DNA of 64,000 bases, from the NCBI GenBank assembly GCA_038087875.1, contig CM075991.1, positions 2,046,001 through 2,110,000 of the forward strand, in the 5' to 3' direction. Below, piece by piece: positions 63,201 through 64,000 of this stretch. The DNA is from Malacoraja senta. Lineage: Eukaryota. How positions within the stretch are numbered: the stretch's first letter is position 1; every line of letters begins with the position of its first letter. The position numbers and the translations under genes are program-made. The notes under the pieces were generated by a model. It ran no database searches. It saw nothing but the letters and a program-made list of their open reading frames with translations, and had not been told where the DNA came from.

Positions 63201-64000
63201 GGTATTATAATTTCATATCAAGCTTTTCAAAATAAAAAGAATAAGAATGAACAAAGACAGTTAGAAGAACTTATTAGACAAATAGATATAGATAATGCCA
63301 AAGATCCATCAATAGATAAACATAATAAAATAATAATTTTGAAATTTAAATTAAATAAACTATTATCAGCCAAACTTATAAGACTTTTTCAAATTACAAA
63401 ACAAGAGCACTTTGAATTTGGGGATAAACCGCATAAACTTTTGGATCGCCAGCTAAAAAACCGAGAAAAAGAACATACGATCCCAAAGATTAAATCAGAT
63501 AGAGGGGAATTATTAACCATACCGAAGGATATTAATAAAAGATTTGCGCAATTTTATGAGAATTTGTATACATCTAAAACGACAACTGACTCCAATAAAA
63601 TTACAGAGTTTTTGGATAATTGTAATCTTCCAAAGTTAGAGTTGAAGGAACAAGAGGAATTGGGTGCACAAATCTCAATTAAGGAATTAGAAGATACAAT
63701 AAACTCATTAAAGAATGGAAAAACACCAGGTCCTGATGGATTTACTAATGAATTTTATAAAAGCTTCTATGACAAAATTATACCACGATTACAAAAAATG
63801 TACCAATATGCTTTTAAAAAGCAAATATTACCTGAGACATTAGCTGAATCAACAATCACACTAATACTTAAAAAAGACAAAGATATAGAAGAACCGGGTT
63901 CATATAGAGCTATAGCATTGTTAAACACAGATCAAAAAATATTAGCGAAAACATTAGCTAGAAGATTAAGTAAATATATTAGTAAACTAATAAACCCAGA
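60209..64000 (+). mobile_element. L1-clade LINE with intact 5' end, running off the window
   Basis: 5' GGACTTCCGGTGGCGCCATG; ORF1 60403-61470 with one in-frame TAG at 60661 (LEARSRRQNLRILGVSE); ORF2 from 62329, frameshifted, same family as the 26-33 kb L1. Confidence 0.92.

Overview
Vertebrate genomic DNA, almost certainly elasmobranch (shark, skate or ray), judged from abundant HE1/V-SINE-like tRNA-SINEs and CR1 tails. Bases 1-26025 are a head-to-tail tandem array of at least three diverged ~7.6-10.8 kb units; it begins before the window. Each unit carries only the Ig-like domain III exons of an FGFR1-type gene: IIIa (191 bp) plus IIIc (145 bp). The 3'-most unit also retains IIIb (145 bp) and the IAS2/ISAR-type intronic pairing element. 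All seven exons have AG/GT sites, no stops or indels, and both Ig cysteines. IIIa+IIIc is a symmetric phase-1/phase-1 module of 112 codons, so the array could be spliced into a poly-IgIII protein or used as a combinatorial ligand-specificity cassette. Units 1 and 2 lost IIIb through deletions with different breakpoints. I could not recognise an FGFR transmembrane or kinase exon in the remaining 38 kb. That region is a dense nest of mobile elements: two L1-clade LINEs (one with nested L1 and Rex1-like inserts), a Harbinger relic, a complete but decayed DIRS element, a Crack/L2-type LINE flanked by a ~405-bp target duplication, a Penelope-like element, hammerhead-like Penelope repeats, a MITE, SINEs and CR1 fragments. 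A near-intact Tc1 element sits in array unit 1. All alignments were done by eye; TE boundaries without TIRs or TSDs are approximate.
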